64,000 nt of DNA, taken from contig CM022668.1 of NCBI GenBank assembly GCA_012295275.1, positions 9,982,001 to 10,046,000 on the forward strand, in the 5' to 3' direction. Shown here in pieces: positions 25,095 through 38,722 of the stretch. This DNA comes from Chrysomallon squamiferum. Lineage: Eukaryota; Animalia; Mollusca. Each line of letters starts with the position of its first letter. Within the stretch, counting starts at the first letter, position 1. The translations under genes were made by a program, and so were the position numbers. Under the pieces are notes generated by a model, which was given only the letters and a program-made list of their open reading frames with translations, was not told the origin of the DNA and made no database searches.

Positions 25095-26294
25095 ATGACT
25101 TCACATGTGTTTTGTGACTTTCCTCAAAGAGTTCAGGTTGCAGGAGGAAAGACAGGAGCTTTTCTAGACGAAGCATTGAAAATTGTAGATGAATATTTCC
25201 CCAACTGGAAAACTGAGGCATACCAGTTTCCACTAAAACACTACGAAGCAGACAGAATAACGCCTGACGAATACTACAGAGTTCTCAAAGATGCTACACT
25301 GACTAACTTCAGCGATGAACACGCTGAAAGATTTATTCTTGATCGTTTTGATTATCTGTCAGAAATAGACGGCGAAAAACAACCCATGTTTATATTTGGT
25401 AACTGTAAGATAGACAATTATTTTAGAAAATTAAAAAACACTTTTAAAGAGAGAAGTGATGACTTACAGAAATGGTTCACTAATATCAGTTACGTTATAA
25501 TGTACACGTTCCTAGGGACTGTGCTAAGTAATTCCAGCAGTGTGATTTGGTTACTCTGGAACTTTGTCACAATTTCGAGTAGTCTAATTTTAATTGTGCA
25601 TGAGATTCTAAGACGTTTTCATATCAGTTTGTACATTGCTCAGGAAGACTGCGATCACGATATTGTTATTGTACATCGTTACTACGGAGTTATGTTGATA
25701 CAAGTGAAAGCTTTCAGTTTTAGACACTCAGGATTGACGAAGACATTGAGACAGGGCTTTAATCAACTGAAAAACCAGGTTGAAGTCTTCAATCAAATCA
25801 CGAGCGATTTAAACCTAAACACGAACCAAACGAAAATTTTAGCCTTGCCGAACATTACTGAACATGAAATGATTCAACGCTTTTCACAACAAATGTCTGA
25901 AAATTTACACAACATCATTGACAACAACGCCGACGTCGTGTTCATGCTTGAGGACGATGTCAATGAGAAACTGTTGGACTGGTGGAGAACTGTCAGTGAA
26001 ATGAAGAAGGGTTTTCAAAGTGACAGTGAATATAAACAAGTGATAGGAAGACACGTGGGTCTGATGTCTACAGTAGACACTCCATACAGAAACACACGTG
26101 TCACACCAGTGATGAGAATGTTACGAGAAATGTTCACCGAGGAAGAGAGTCGTAACACGGGAGTACTTTTGTACCCACACCAGTTACACGTACCAGTAGA
26201 AACTCATAATAATATAGTGCTATTAGTATTATTATTATTGTTCTTCTTCTTATTACTTCTGTACCTGTTACACGTCATGTACATGTACCAGTAG
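25095..26294 (+). CDS. NERD / PD-(D/E)xK-like nuclease-domain protein, probably 3'-truncated
   Basis: Single-exon 399-aa ORF: PMFIFGN...EDCDHDIVIVHRYYGVMLIQVKA...LRQGFNQL...KILALPNIT...LLDWW...YKQVIGRHVG. This resembles molluscan NERD(+helicase) proteins. The ORF runs into a local tandem repeat and microsatellite after LLYPHQL. Confidence 0.65.
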   Translation: MTSHVFCDFPQRVQVAGGKTGAFLDEALKIVDEYFPNWKTEAYQFPLKHYEADRITPDEYYRVLKDATLTNFSDEHAERFILDRFDYLSEIDGEKQPMFIFGNCKIDNYFRKLKNTFKERSDDLQKWFTNISYVIMYTFLGTVLSNSSSVIWLLWNFVTISSSLILIVHEILRRFHISLYIAQEDCDHDIVIVHRYYGVMLIQVKAFSFRHSGLTKTLRQGFNQLKNQVEVFNQITSDLNLNTNQTKILALPNITEHEMIQRFSQQMSENLHNIIDNNADVVFMLEDDVNEKLLDWWRTVSEMKKGFQSDSEYKQVIGRHVGLMSTVDTPYRNTRVTPVMRMLREMFTEEESRNTGVLLYPHQLHVPVETHNNIVLLVLLLLFFFLLLLYLLHVMYMYQ

Positions 26295-26419
26295 AAACTC
26301 GTACTAACATACTGTATTATTATTATTATTTCTTCTGTACCCACACCAGCTACAAGTCATGTACATGTACCAGTAGAAACTGATACTAAGATGCTGTATT
26401 ATTATTATTATTATTGCTA

Positions 26420-26460
<41 letters not shown>

Positions 26461-26742
26461 GTTGTTGTTGTTGTTACTATTATTGATTTCATAATTGAAG
26501 TATATTTTACTAAAAAATTACAAGAGATTAGGAAGAATTTGTTTTCGGTGTGTTATTTTTGCAATGTAATAAAGAACTTTATGGTTTACTGTTACCTAAA
26601 AGGAAATAATTTTGAAACGATCACTTTGATATAAGTATTTAATTATTAAGCGACGTTTATATACTTTCTCTCTTCGTATCAATGTTTAGTATATGCTGTG
26701 TTATAAATGACCAATGTGTAGATACAGAGATGAGATACTCAC

Positions 26743-27333
26743 AGAATAAAGACAATTACACCAATAACAAGTAAAACACAAAGAACTCCAGTGACAACAG
26801 ACAGCGCAGTGTTAGAAGATTGAAGTACTTCCTAATCTGGATTGTTGGATATTTCTGAAATATAAATCAGTATAAAAACACACAAAGACACTTTCTTTCT
26901 GTAAAAAGTATTATCTGGAATTCGTATCCGCGTGTTTACCACGATCTACTGTAAAATATATAATAAAGGTATCATAACTAAACTGTGCTGCTATTTCTAG
27001 CATACTTGTTACTACCACTACTACTACTACTCCCAGTACTAACACTATCATTACTTCGACACTACTTCTATTAGTGCTGCTACTACTTCTGCTATTTATA
27101 TTACAGCTGCTGATACCTCTACTACTTATGACACCACCATACCAGCTACTACTGCTATCACCCCCATAGCTAGTAGAACCACTACCATTACTACTACTAC
27201 TACTACTACTTCCGTTACTACTACTAGTTCTACCTTCACTGATATTATTGTTATCGCCACTATTATTACTGCTACTACAACTATTAGTGTCACTACCATT
27301 ACTACTACTACCGTAATACTACTACTACTATCG

Positions 27334-27371
<38 letters not shown>

Positions 27372-27736
27372 ATAATAATAATAATAATAAAACCATCTTG
27401 ATCATGTAAGACTGATAATTTCAGATAACACTATTGGTCTGTTTTTTGCAGCATTCAGAAACAGAAACACACAGAAACACAAAGCGACATAAATATAAGT
27501 ATTAACGTAATAATTACATATTCCATTTTAATATCGTTAGAAATCTCGAATGAAATTAGTACTGTTGACTCTTTAGTGTCGACATCATCGTTGTCGCAGT
27601 TACAAACTGTTTACTTAACAAACATTTACTTTCTGTACATGTGCATCCTTTCCATCAATCCAGAACAAGACAACTTGCAGTCAAGTCCGTATTTACCTTG
27701 ACATCCTGTGTGTATATAAAATGATATGCGTTATGC

Positions 27737-27767
<31 letters not shown>

Positions 27768-28912
27768 AAAAATGCTCCATTATTAAGTCGTATCTAATAA
27801 ATTGTCTCTCAAACACACAAACACATATTGAATCATTTTAAGGACAACTTTTGTATATGAAAGTGTCTCGAGAGGAAGTCTATGTATAATAGATATATTT
27901 CTTTAGACCACAGTCTATTTAAAACAATTCAGTATATACAATACATATCTCAACACTAAATTTTTCCTTGACATTGTTACACGTTATTCACAGTGTATAT
28001 AGATATTTAACAAACTGTAAGACATATTTTTGTATATATGTCACTAGCTGAATGTTCTACAACAGCAATTATCTCTGTTGAATATTTGTCAGTGTAGAGA
28101 TTAACGTCTCTAAAACATAACACTATGAAACAACATCTTCGTATAGTATGGTTTGTCTAGATCAGTGGAAAAACGTAACTTTAGATAATCTCATTATCGC
28201 TAATAATGACCTCTGTATTATTTGAACTTATGAATTGACTGAATCATCTGTGTGACAATTAGGTGTATGTTTGTTAAGTATGTTTTTGTCTTGAAGAAAT
28301 TATTCTGAAGAAATAAAAAAGTAATTTGTATCACACCAGTACAGTCTGTTCCAGTCCACGGTTCCTCATATCCGCCTCCACATGAACCAGTCACGTGATC
28401 ACAGCTTGCTGTTTTATTCAGACAATGACGTCCCGCACAAGAAATTTTACAACCGTTTCCATAGGAACCGGCAGGACATGCTGGAAATAAATTACACTAA
28501 AGTTATAGGTGTTATATAAAAAATAAGGAGATAATAATAACATCATAAGAATATAATTATTGTTATTATTATTATTGAATTTGATAAGTAAAACATCACA
28601 ACAGCTAAAAGATTTATTACATTTATTATTCAGTTTAATTATTAGTTTATTATCTCACTCACCAAATACTTCAACTTCACAGAAATCCATCGCTGTTCCA
28701 TATCTAGTATCATAAACATCATTATTTGTTCCCTGATACAGTGTGATGTACTGAGCCGTGTTGTTACATGTTACACGTGTTACATTCGGGCTGTTTATTG
28801 TTGTTACACCACACAGGTGACTGGTGTTAGTCTGGTTCATCTTCAAAGAACTGTAGATGTGAACATCATTTCTACGAGGTGTGTTGTGTCTATAAGTAAA
28901 TAAAAATACAGA

Positions 28913-29003
<91 letters not shown>

Positions 29004-29210
29004 TTATGTATGGGTATATGAGTGAGAGTATGTGTCTTTGTTAATAGGTGTACATCGTAGTTGTCACTGTTGTTATAGTTGTTGTTGTCATTATTATCAT
29101 TATTATCATCAACATCATCATCATCATCATCATATCCTACCTGTAATTATTCACACAAGGAAATTCAGACATATTCCATGAATAAATAAATACATCCGTA
29201 AAAACGCCAT
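26743..29210 (-). pseudogene. Multi-EGF (MEGF10/SREC-like) receptor pseudogene with a partial F-type-lectin-like domain. Exons 29210-29141, 28889-28663, 28480-28337, 27705-27630, 26854-26743
   Basis: Signal exon MAFLRMYLFIHGICLNFLV*IITG (TGA 29151-53). Lectin-half exon ...AQYITLYQG...AMDFCEVEVFG. EGF exon CPAGSYGNGCKISC...CDHVTGSC...WTGTDC. One internally deleted EGF exon. TM exon with in-frame TAG (26832-34) before ALSVVTGVLCVLLVIGVIVFIL. Confidence 0.85.
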
Positions 29211-29743
29211 ATTTTATGAACTTTCTTTCTTTTTCATTTCTGTCAAGCAGGAATTACAGTTACAGGTAGATGCACAGGTACACAACGATACAGAAAATAA
29301 TAACTAGGTCACACAGAGATAACTTGTAAAACTGGTTTAAGAAATTTAAATCTGGAAACGTTCGGTTTAGTTAAATGATTAATATGATGATAGTAATTTA
29401 TGTTTAGACTGTCTGTTTCAAAAAAAAATAAAAAATAAAAAAAAATAAAAAAATAAATAAAAAATAAAAAATACAAGAAAGACCATGGACTGAAGCATCC
29501 ATTTGCACTTTACGTTTTCATCAGAAACACTCGTTTACAGTTCAGTAGCTTCATGCATGTATAATTTCAAAAGAGATAGATATTCCTATCTGAGCAAGTT
29601 AAGAATAACACCAGCAATGATGGTACAATTTAGATATATACATAATAATCATTTATCATTTAGACAGACTAAAGTAGAAAACCGGGTTGTGTAACAGTGC
29701 ATCTCTCTGTCATCTCTGTTTCCTGCTTGACTGAGACTGAACG

Positions 29744-29816
29744 ATGGCGGCGTGGTCACGGAATGACTTGTGTTTTTTTACAGTGTTTCTGTGTTTTATT
29801 ATTAATGTGGTTTCAG
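29744..29816 (+). CDS. Orphan signal-peptide exon, divergent from the minus-strand EGF-receptor pseudogene
   Basis: Translates MAAWSRNDLCFFTVFLCFIINVVS(G), followed by a strong phase-1 donor CAG|GTAAGA. Confidence 0.55.
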
Positions 29817-31401
29817 GTAAGATATAACTGTAATACTACTGTTTCTACGATTTTTAACACTATCACTTCTAGTCGTGCTACTACTTCCTCTACAACTACT
29901 ATTACTACTGTACTGTTACTACTACTGCTACGATTAATATTACTAATACTAAGGTTATTACTACTACTGCTATTTTAATATTACTAATACTAAGGTTGTT
30001 GCTACTTACTACTACTGCTATTATTACTGCTGATATCCTACTTTTAAGTCTAATACTTCTATAACCCTGTTATTATTACTACAGCTATTACTACAAGTAC
30101 TACTAATTCTACTACCAGTACTACAATTACTACAACTTTACTATTATTACCAGAGGCTAATTATTTAATAATTAAAAAAAAAAAAAAAAAAAAAAAATAA
30201 TAATAATAATAATAATAATAATGAAAAAAAAAAATAAAAAGAAGAAGGACCAGACAATGGATACCTAGTCCTCTTTCCTGATTCCCAAGGGCTCTCTAAC
30301 TATTCGAGCTTCATAGCCCCCAAAATGTAGATCCTCCACAAACTGTTAATACTACAATTACTATAGTTCTACTACGTCTAGTACTTATAATGGTACTGCT
30401 ACTACTACACTCAGTACTAATTATTACTTCTATAACTACTTCTATAACTATTATTATTACTATCACTGTTGCCACTACAACTACTATTACTGCCACTAGT
30501 AGGACTTTTACTATTCCTTCTACAAGTACTAATAAAGCTTTCGTCAATGCTAATTATTATTATTACTTCTATTACTGGTACATTTGCTACTAGTCTTCTA
30601 CTACTAATGCTCTTATTACAGAAACTACTATTTATCTCTCTCTCTCTGTGTGTGTATATATATCCAAAATCAGTGTATATGATTCTTTATGTCTGTCTGT
30701 CTCTCGATCCAGTATATATGTACATATTTAAATCATGTACTTAAATTGAATATACAAAAAAGAAAAGAGGCACATTCGTATGTATTTTTTTGTTTTTACA
30801 GTGTCTTCTTTGATGTACTGCAAAGTATGCAGGGTAAAAAATTCGAGATTTTGGGGTCAACTATTGATGATTATTAGATTGAAAAATTATATGAATACAA
30901 ATTACTTACAAACATGGAGAAAAATATCTGATACTCACCTACAGTGATAAACGTGTACTAACGTGTATTAACAAACACTCACATAAGCACGTACACACAT
31001 AGGCACTCATAACCTTAGACACAAACAAAACGAAACATTGAATAACATATGAACATAAAAATCATACAGAAATAAATAAAAATAAACATAAACGCGACAG
31101 AAACAGAAATACACGAATACATACAGAAAAACAGACAAGTACAACTATTCAGAGAACCATAACACACATTCACATACCTACATATAGAAAACACGGAGAC
31201 ACACAGTTATATGTAGAGAATAACGGACACATATATACGTACATACACAGAAAAACACGGAATCACATTTACAGATACATATATAGAAACACACATCAAA
31301 TACACAAAAGTATGAAAGACAAACACACCCGAAAATAAAGAAACACAGAAAAGCATACACATACGTATATAGAGAAACACTGAAACAAGAAACAAACACA
31401 C

Positions 31402-31915
31402 ATGTATAAACAAGAAACACAAACATATATGGAGAAACAAGAAACACATACATACATGGATAAACACGAAATACACACATACATCTATAAACAAGAAACA
31501 CACACATACAGGGATAAACAAGAAACACATACATACATTCATAAACAAGAAACACATACATACATGGATAAACAAGAAACACATACATACATAGATAAAC
31601 AAGAAACACAAACATACATTCATAAACAAGAAACACATACATACATGGAGAAACAAGAAACACAAACATACATGGATAAACACGAAATACACACATACAT
31701 CTATAAACAAGAAACACAAACATACATTCATAAACAAGATACACAAATATACATGGAGAAACAAGAAACACATACATACATGGATAAACAAGAAACACAT
31801 ACATACATGGATAAACAAGAAACAGATACATACAGGGATAAACAAAAAACACATACATACATGGAGAAACATGAAACACATACATACATGGATAAACAAA
31901 AAACACATACATACG
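31402..31915. repeat. 27-bp minisatellite (~19 copies)
   Basis: Unit ATGGATAAACAAGAAACACATACATAC produces 9-aa periodic spurious ORFs on both strands. Confidence 0.9.
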
Positions 31916-32350
31916 TACACATTTACAAAAATTCAAGGACATACACTTTTACAATACACACAGAAGCAGTCAGGCAAACATAAACATTTCTGTTCTAACT
32001 TCATTTCTTTTCTTTCTTTTTCACTGAAAATAAACTTGAAGTAATCCACATGATTACATGTTATCCAAACCCGTACTTAGAGAGAGCACACCCCAGACAC
32101 ATCCCTGATAAACGAGTCACGCAACAGCAAACAGTAAATGTTTAAACGAGTCTAATTTCTACAGCTTAACATAACCGTGTCACGCTTTGAACTTGAATAT
32201 AGTCTCCATTTGAGAAAGCAGCTCCTGCGCATCTGTAGCTTTGAATAGATACGTCACCTGTATATATGTTCAGAACACACCTCTAGTACTCTAGTAAGTG
32301 TATTTATAACTACCCTTGAAGAACGTGTATTTTATGAAAAAAGGAAAATA

Positions 32351-32382
<32 letters not shown>

Positions 32383-32541
32383 AAAAAGAAAAAAGGAAAA
32401 AAAAAGAAGAAAAAATAATAAACAAAAAAGAGAGTAAGAAACAGAAAAAAGGAAAGAAAGTAAAAAATAAATGAATGAATGAATGAATAAACAAATTTAC
32501 ATAGTCAGTAATTAGATCATTTGTAGACAACTTATAATTAT

Positions 32542-32591
<50 letters not shown>

Positions 32592-33091
32592 AATAAAAAA
32601 TAACAATTATATTCATATAATAAAAACAAAAATAAATAAATAAACAATAAAGTATTATATATATATATTTTATTTATTTATTTATTTATTTATGGAATCC
32701 TATCTCGTCTTTACTGACAGAAAATTGACTGGTTCACTGTCATGTTAAAAAAAAAAATACTTCGATCGTTGCAGCAAAAGTAGATAATAGTCATTTTCAC
32801 CGCAATTAGCATTTAAAACATATGAGAAAACCGAGACTAACTAAACAAAGAGACAAAGCAGCACGCGCTAATGACCTCTGGGTCAAAGTAACTGCGAGTC
32901 TGACGTCACTTTGCAGTGTGGTTTTGCCGACCCGTCAGAGCGATTGTTTTGAAAAGCTCGGGTTATTTATGATTCTTGTTACCCAACACCACGTAATGGC
33001 AGCCGATATTTTCAACGTGAATGGAAACGGGACGTCAAATCGGAACAACGTCGAGTGTAAGTCTCGTAAATAACATCAACATAAATCAAGA

Positions 33092-33188
<97 letters not shown>

Positions 33189-33363
33189 CTGTGAAAGCTG
33201 CAGAAAGTCACAAAAACTTATTTAGTTAGTGAGACGAAAGAATAATAAATAAATTTTAAATATATATAAAACATAAAAAAAGGAAAAGAAAATCCAACAA
33301 AAAAACAACAACTAAAAAACGCATTAAACTGTATGGTATAAGCAATTTTTACTATTATTATTA

Positions 33364-33396
<33 letters not shown>

Positions 33397-35451
33397 TTTT
33401 TCTAAAATGTATTTATTGTTGTCTTTAATCTACGAATATACGTGTTTGTACATGTGATTGTATATATATATATATGTAAATGAAGGTAATTTACATGCAC
33501 CTGCCTGTCCCTGTTTTAATTAAAAATCTCAGTATATCCACTCATATTAAACAACAGCATATATCTAACCTGTATCTAGCATTAGCGAAATTAATCTTCC
33601 CGTTACTTTAATAAATGTAACAGCAGTGGTTATTTTGTTAGAGAATTTTACCAAATAAGATATATTTTTGTGCATGCGCGCATACACGTGCGTGCGTGTA
33701 TTTTTTGTTGAGTTATCCTGCATGTTCGCTATGTAAAATATGTGTATCTGTGTGTGTGCGTGTTTGTGTGTCTCTCTTTGCAGTATATGAATGTTTATAT
33801 ATACTTATTTGAAAATCCACTTTTATGACTTCAAACTTCATCTTACAATATTTTTTTTATTTTTTTATTTTCGATGTTACATAAATATCTTACAACTACG
33901 GCGAGCGGACTGATAGACCCAGACTTGGAGACAGACACACAGACAACAGACATATATTTATTCATCTCAGTCTTCCATTATAATGCACTAGTAGTTTAAA
34001 TATTCCTCTTTTTTTTTTTTTTCTTCTAATGACGGTAATGCAAAACTTCAAGGTGCTATAAAACGGGTTCATTGCGGTTCATGTAGGTATCTGATTACTG
34101 TCGATTCTCGTCTGCGCTGTTTTCTCTTTAAACGCATTCCCTTGTGACATTGGACATTAATAATGATCTACTTTTAGAAAGCATTTTAATTGTCTCAAAG
34201 TTATTTTCAAAACTTCGTGCCTCTTCCATGGTTATTATTACTGATTATTATTGGTTGTCTTTCGTTCTTGCTGCATACTAATTATTATTATTATTATTAT
34301 TCAAATTTTGCTTTAATTTAAAGAGAGTCGCAGCAAAATGGTTGAAGCGCGGACCTGAAGTGTTATAATGTGTAGGATCTGTCCTCAAATTGCAGTTATT
34401 ATTATTATTATCATTATTATTATCATTATCATTATCATTATTATGATTATGATTATGATTATGATTATGATTATGATTATGATTATGATTATTATGATTA
34501 TTATTTTTATTATTATTATTATATGTTATGTTTCTTTAAAGGGCAATGTCTCATAGACTAAAATGTATTCTGTTCACTGAATTTCAATGAAAAATGTGTT
34601 ATTTTGTGAAATTAAAGTACATGTAGTTATAAATATACCAGCTCCACTCAAACTGTATGATGACAACTTTTTCTGAAGTGGACCGCACCGACAAAGTTGA
34701 GAATCACTGGCTTAAATGAGTAAGATTCAGTTATACATAATTATATATCATGTGTTAGATTTGTTTTTAAAAAGTATATATCTATATCGATACTTACATC
34801 AGTCTGATGTCTGTCTGTCTTTCTATCTTTATGTCTGTCGTTCTATCTTTATAAAGGTAAAGAAAGAAAAACCAATAACAATAATAATGATAAAACTGAA
34901 AGAAAAAAAAAAAGAAAAAAGAAGCATCCAACAAACATTTGTCCTGAAATAGTTAATAGATTGTTTTATATAATACTGAAACACAAGGTTGGAAAAGTTG
35001 TTTTAACTTTTAAACTGTTTCGCATCTATAATAATAATCATCACTATTCCTTAAGCAATACTGAGAAATTGCATTGTGAAGTTTAACAGCAATATTTTAT
35101 AAGAACTGGTGAATAAAAAATGTACAACTATAAAAAAGTATTAAAAGAAGGCTAGAAATGATGTATTCTATGTAATGACGTAATCAACGCATTTTAAAAC
35201 CTATATTCCTCTGGTGTGATTGTGATAATTAACTTATCACACAGACACTAATAAAAACCCACTGCAGTTTCACGTGGCTATTATGGTTCTACAGGAAGTG
35301 AACGATATTTTATCAGAAGAAAAGAAATAAAGAAATAAAAATAAAAATAAACAACGGTATTTGTAAACCAGCTGGCATTGCATTAACCGGATCTGTATAT
35401 ATTTCAACAATAGTCTGTTAATTACAAGAGTGTGTGCACACACACACACAC

Positions 35452-35486
<35 letters not shown>

Positions 35487-35804
35487 TCTGTCCGTATGTA
35501 CATATAATTATCTATAATCTATATATTTATATATATGTATATATCTACATCTATATCTGTCTGTCCATAAAAAGGTATTAAAAGAAGGCTAGAAATGATG
35601 TATTCTATATAATGACGTAATCAACGCATTTTAAAACCTATATGGGTCTGGTGTGATTGTGATAATTAACTTACCACACAACTGTGTATTAGATTAAGGA
35701 CAGAAATGACGCCGTAATCTATTTAATGACGTAATCAAGGCATTTTAAAATCTATATGCGTCTGGTGTGATTCTTATAATTAACTTATCTCTGTCAGTCA
35801 ATTA

Positions 35805-35900
<96 letters not shown>

Positions 35901-35936
35901 CCCCCCTCTCGCTCTGTATCTATGTGTGTGTGTATG

Positions 35937-35967
<31 letters not shown>

Positions 35968-36259
35968 CTAGAGAGATAGCTGATACAGACAAATAAACAG
36001 ATAGATAGTCAGACAGACAGCTATAACACTAATATCTTTCACATAACAAAAACTAACCTGTCTACTTGTACCAGTGAACAACAAAACGGGCCACACTGAG
36101 ATACACCAGTCTCAACGACTCAGTGCATAAAAGACTAATTCTTTCTAAACGCGTCGGAATTCATTTAAATAAAGTAATAAAACAACGTCAGCGCCTCCGT
36201 GTTGTATTTCAGTTTACCAGACGAACTGCTCTTGAAAACTACAATAAAATAAAGATAAG

Positions 36260-36345
<86 letters not shown>

Positions 36346-36835
36346 ATAATAACAACAACAACAGCAAAAACAATAAAGCAGAGGTAAAAGTAACAAAGAA
36401 AGAAAATGCTAAACAGATAAAAAAATACTTCGTTGTGTAGAAAATAGCACTTCCAACAAAATTTACTTAATTCTTTAAAAGTGTCGTGTAAATCACTTTG
36501 GCGGAGAAAAGCGCGAGACCGCACGAGCCAGGTGGAAAGCGGAAGTAGGGCAGGATCCCATAATAGGATCAAAGGCTGACGGTATAAACCAGTTTTCGTT
36601 ACGGAGCCGAAGTCGATCTTGTTGTTTCAGTGATATAAAAATATCCGTCACGAAGTTATTTGATAATGGACATTTAAATTTCCAGTGTGTTGATTACATT
36701 TATCAGCTTTTTTCTTTCTTCTTTTCTTTCATTAATGCTTTCTTTTTTTATTTGCTTTTATATATATATATATACATATGGTTGTTTTTTACTGTTTGGT
36801 AGTACGTGCCAGATAATAATAATAATAATAATAAT

Positions 36836-36880
<45 letters not shown>

Positions 36881-37557
36881 AATATGATAGTAAGATTAGT
36901 AATAATGAAGATGATAATTAGATGAAGAAAGAAACAGTACTAACACAGTAATAGTAAATCTGATTTAATTAAATTATCAGAATGACACATCTTGAAAAAT
37001 AAAATTTCTGTTGGAAATTTTCAGAAAAGGAATGAATAAACTAAAATAATTTAAAAACAAAAAATTAAAATATAAAAATAAATAACAATAATTGATAATA
37101 AATAAATAAATAAACAAATAAATAAATAAATAAACAAACAAATAAATAAATAAATAAATAAATAAACAAACAAATAAATAAATAAATAAATAAATAAACA
37201 AGTTATTTATTTTAGTAAAATTAATTATCAATTTTGTGGTCCCTGTTCTTAACCGAACGATTCCGAGAGCGTTGACAACGTGTTTCATTGATGTTTCACA
37301 CATTATTGTTTAAAATAACAACAGAATATTGTTCCAAGTTTATCGGTATGTTAACCCTTAGCATCTGAAAAACATGCCCTAGGGCACTTAAACTGGAATA
37401 AAAATATTTAAAGTGTCAAAAGCCATCGAGTGGAAACGACAATGAATAACCGCCGATTGTCAAACCTAATGTTTTCCTCTTTATACTTGTTTGTTGTAGC
37501 TGCACTGAAGATTTGTATTCACCACTAACAAATAATGAATCTGTTCCCACTGTAACA

Positions 37558-37603
37558 CGCCACCTAGTTGTTAGTTAATCCCATCAGGGGGCGCCACCTG
37601 CAC
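37558..37603. promoter_or_regulatory. Cluster of CTCF-like motifs
   Basis: CCATCAGGGGGCGCC (+, 37581-37595), CAACTAGGTGGCG (-, 37558-37570) and GTGCAGGTGGCGC (-, 37591-37603). Confidence 0.45.
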
Positions 37604-37857
37604 TTTAAAGCAGGAGATAAGATTGAGAATGCGAATTGAAAAGCAAGCTGAATAGAGGTGTGGTACTCGTTACAAGGCTGAATCAGTATCGCTTTGAGCG
37701 CTTTTCATTGTATGAAGAGAGAGATGCGACCGTTCCAACATACTGTTACACTCTGAAAATAACTTTTAACTTTAGTCTTGGTACAGACTCACTGATATTC
37801 CACGGAAGAAAAGATGTAAAAATATATTAAAGTATATTAGTTCACATGTTCTTATAG

Positions 37858-37954
<97 letters not shown>

Positions 37955-38688
37955 AGAAAGAGAAAAAAAACTAAAATTATTAACGAGATAAAGAAAAAAA
38001 ATCCCAGACTGAGACTTCTAATCTCTCTATCTCTCTCTCCAAATAATTTATATCAAGAAATTTGCTGCAGTAATTTAGGTAACAAAACTCGATTCTGAAA
38101 ACATACGATTTATCGAAATTAAAAAAAAAAAATTACCTTTAACTTTTGTTATCTCTCAACCCAGTTTTCGCAATCCTCTCTTCTTGACTAAATTTCCATA
38201 AGTCTTTTCATCAAAACAGCTCGACTTATTCCAACACAATGTCGAACGATAAACACGTACAGTCCAACCACTTAAAAAAACTCACTTCCAAGTAACTAGA
38301 AATATCACCAATGTTAACGCTGTCCGGCCATGTTTAGCTGAGCATGCGCGAAGAAGAGAGGATAACTCTATCGAATGAAAAGGCAAAGGATGAAGTTTAG
38401 ATAGGAGGCTTAGAAGTTTCATACAGAACGGTGAAGAAAAGTGTTTGCATAACCCGGGCACACCATGTTACGTAGTTTAAACGTGTGTGCGTGCGTGTGA
38501 GTAAGAATATAATTAGTTATAAGAACATGTTGTCAAACAATTATTGAATAATTATTTTAAAGGTTAGCAAATATCGTGACGTTTTAAGAAAACCGCTTTA
38601 AGAAAATAAATTCTCAAAATAGTATCTCTCCAAAAAGGGAAAAAAAAAGAAAAAGAAGAAAACACACACACACGCACGCACGCACACA

Positions 38689-38722
<34 letters not shown>

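Noticed and set aside
31178-31983. Long ORFs (254, 237 and 193 aa) on both strands
   Set aside because: Translations of a 27-bp minisatellite, with no splice or domain support.
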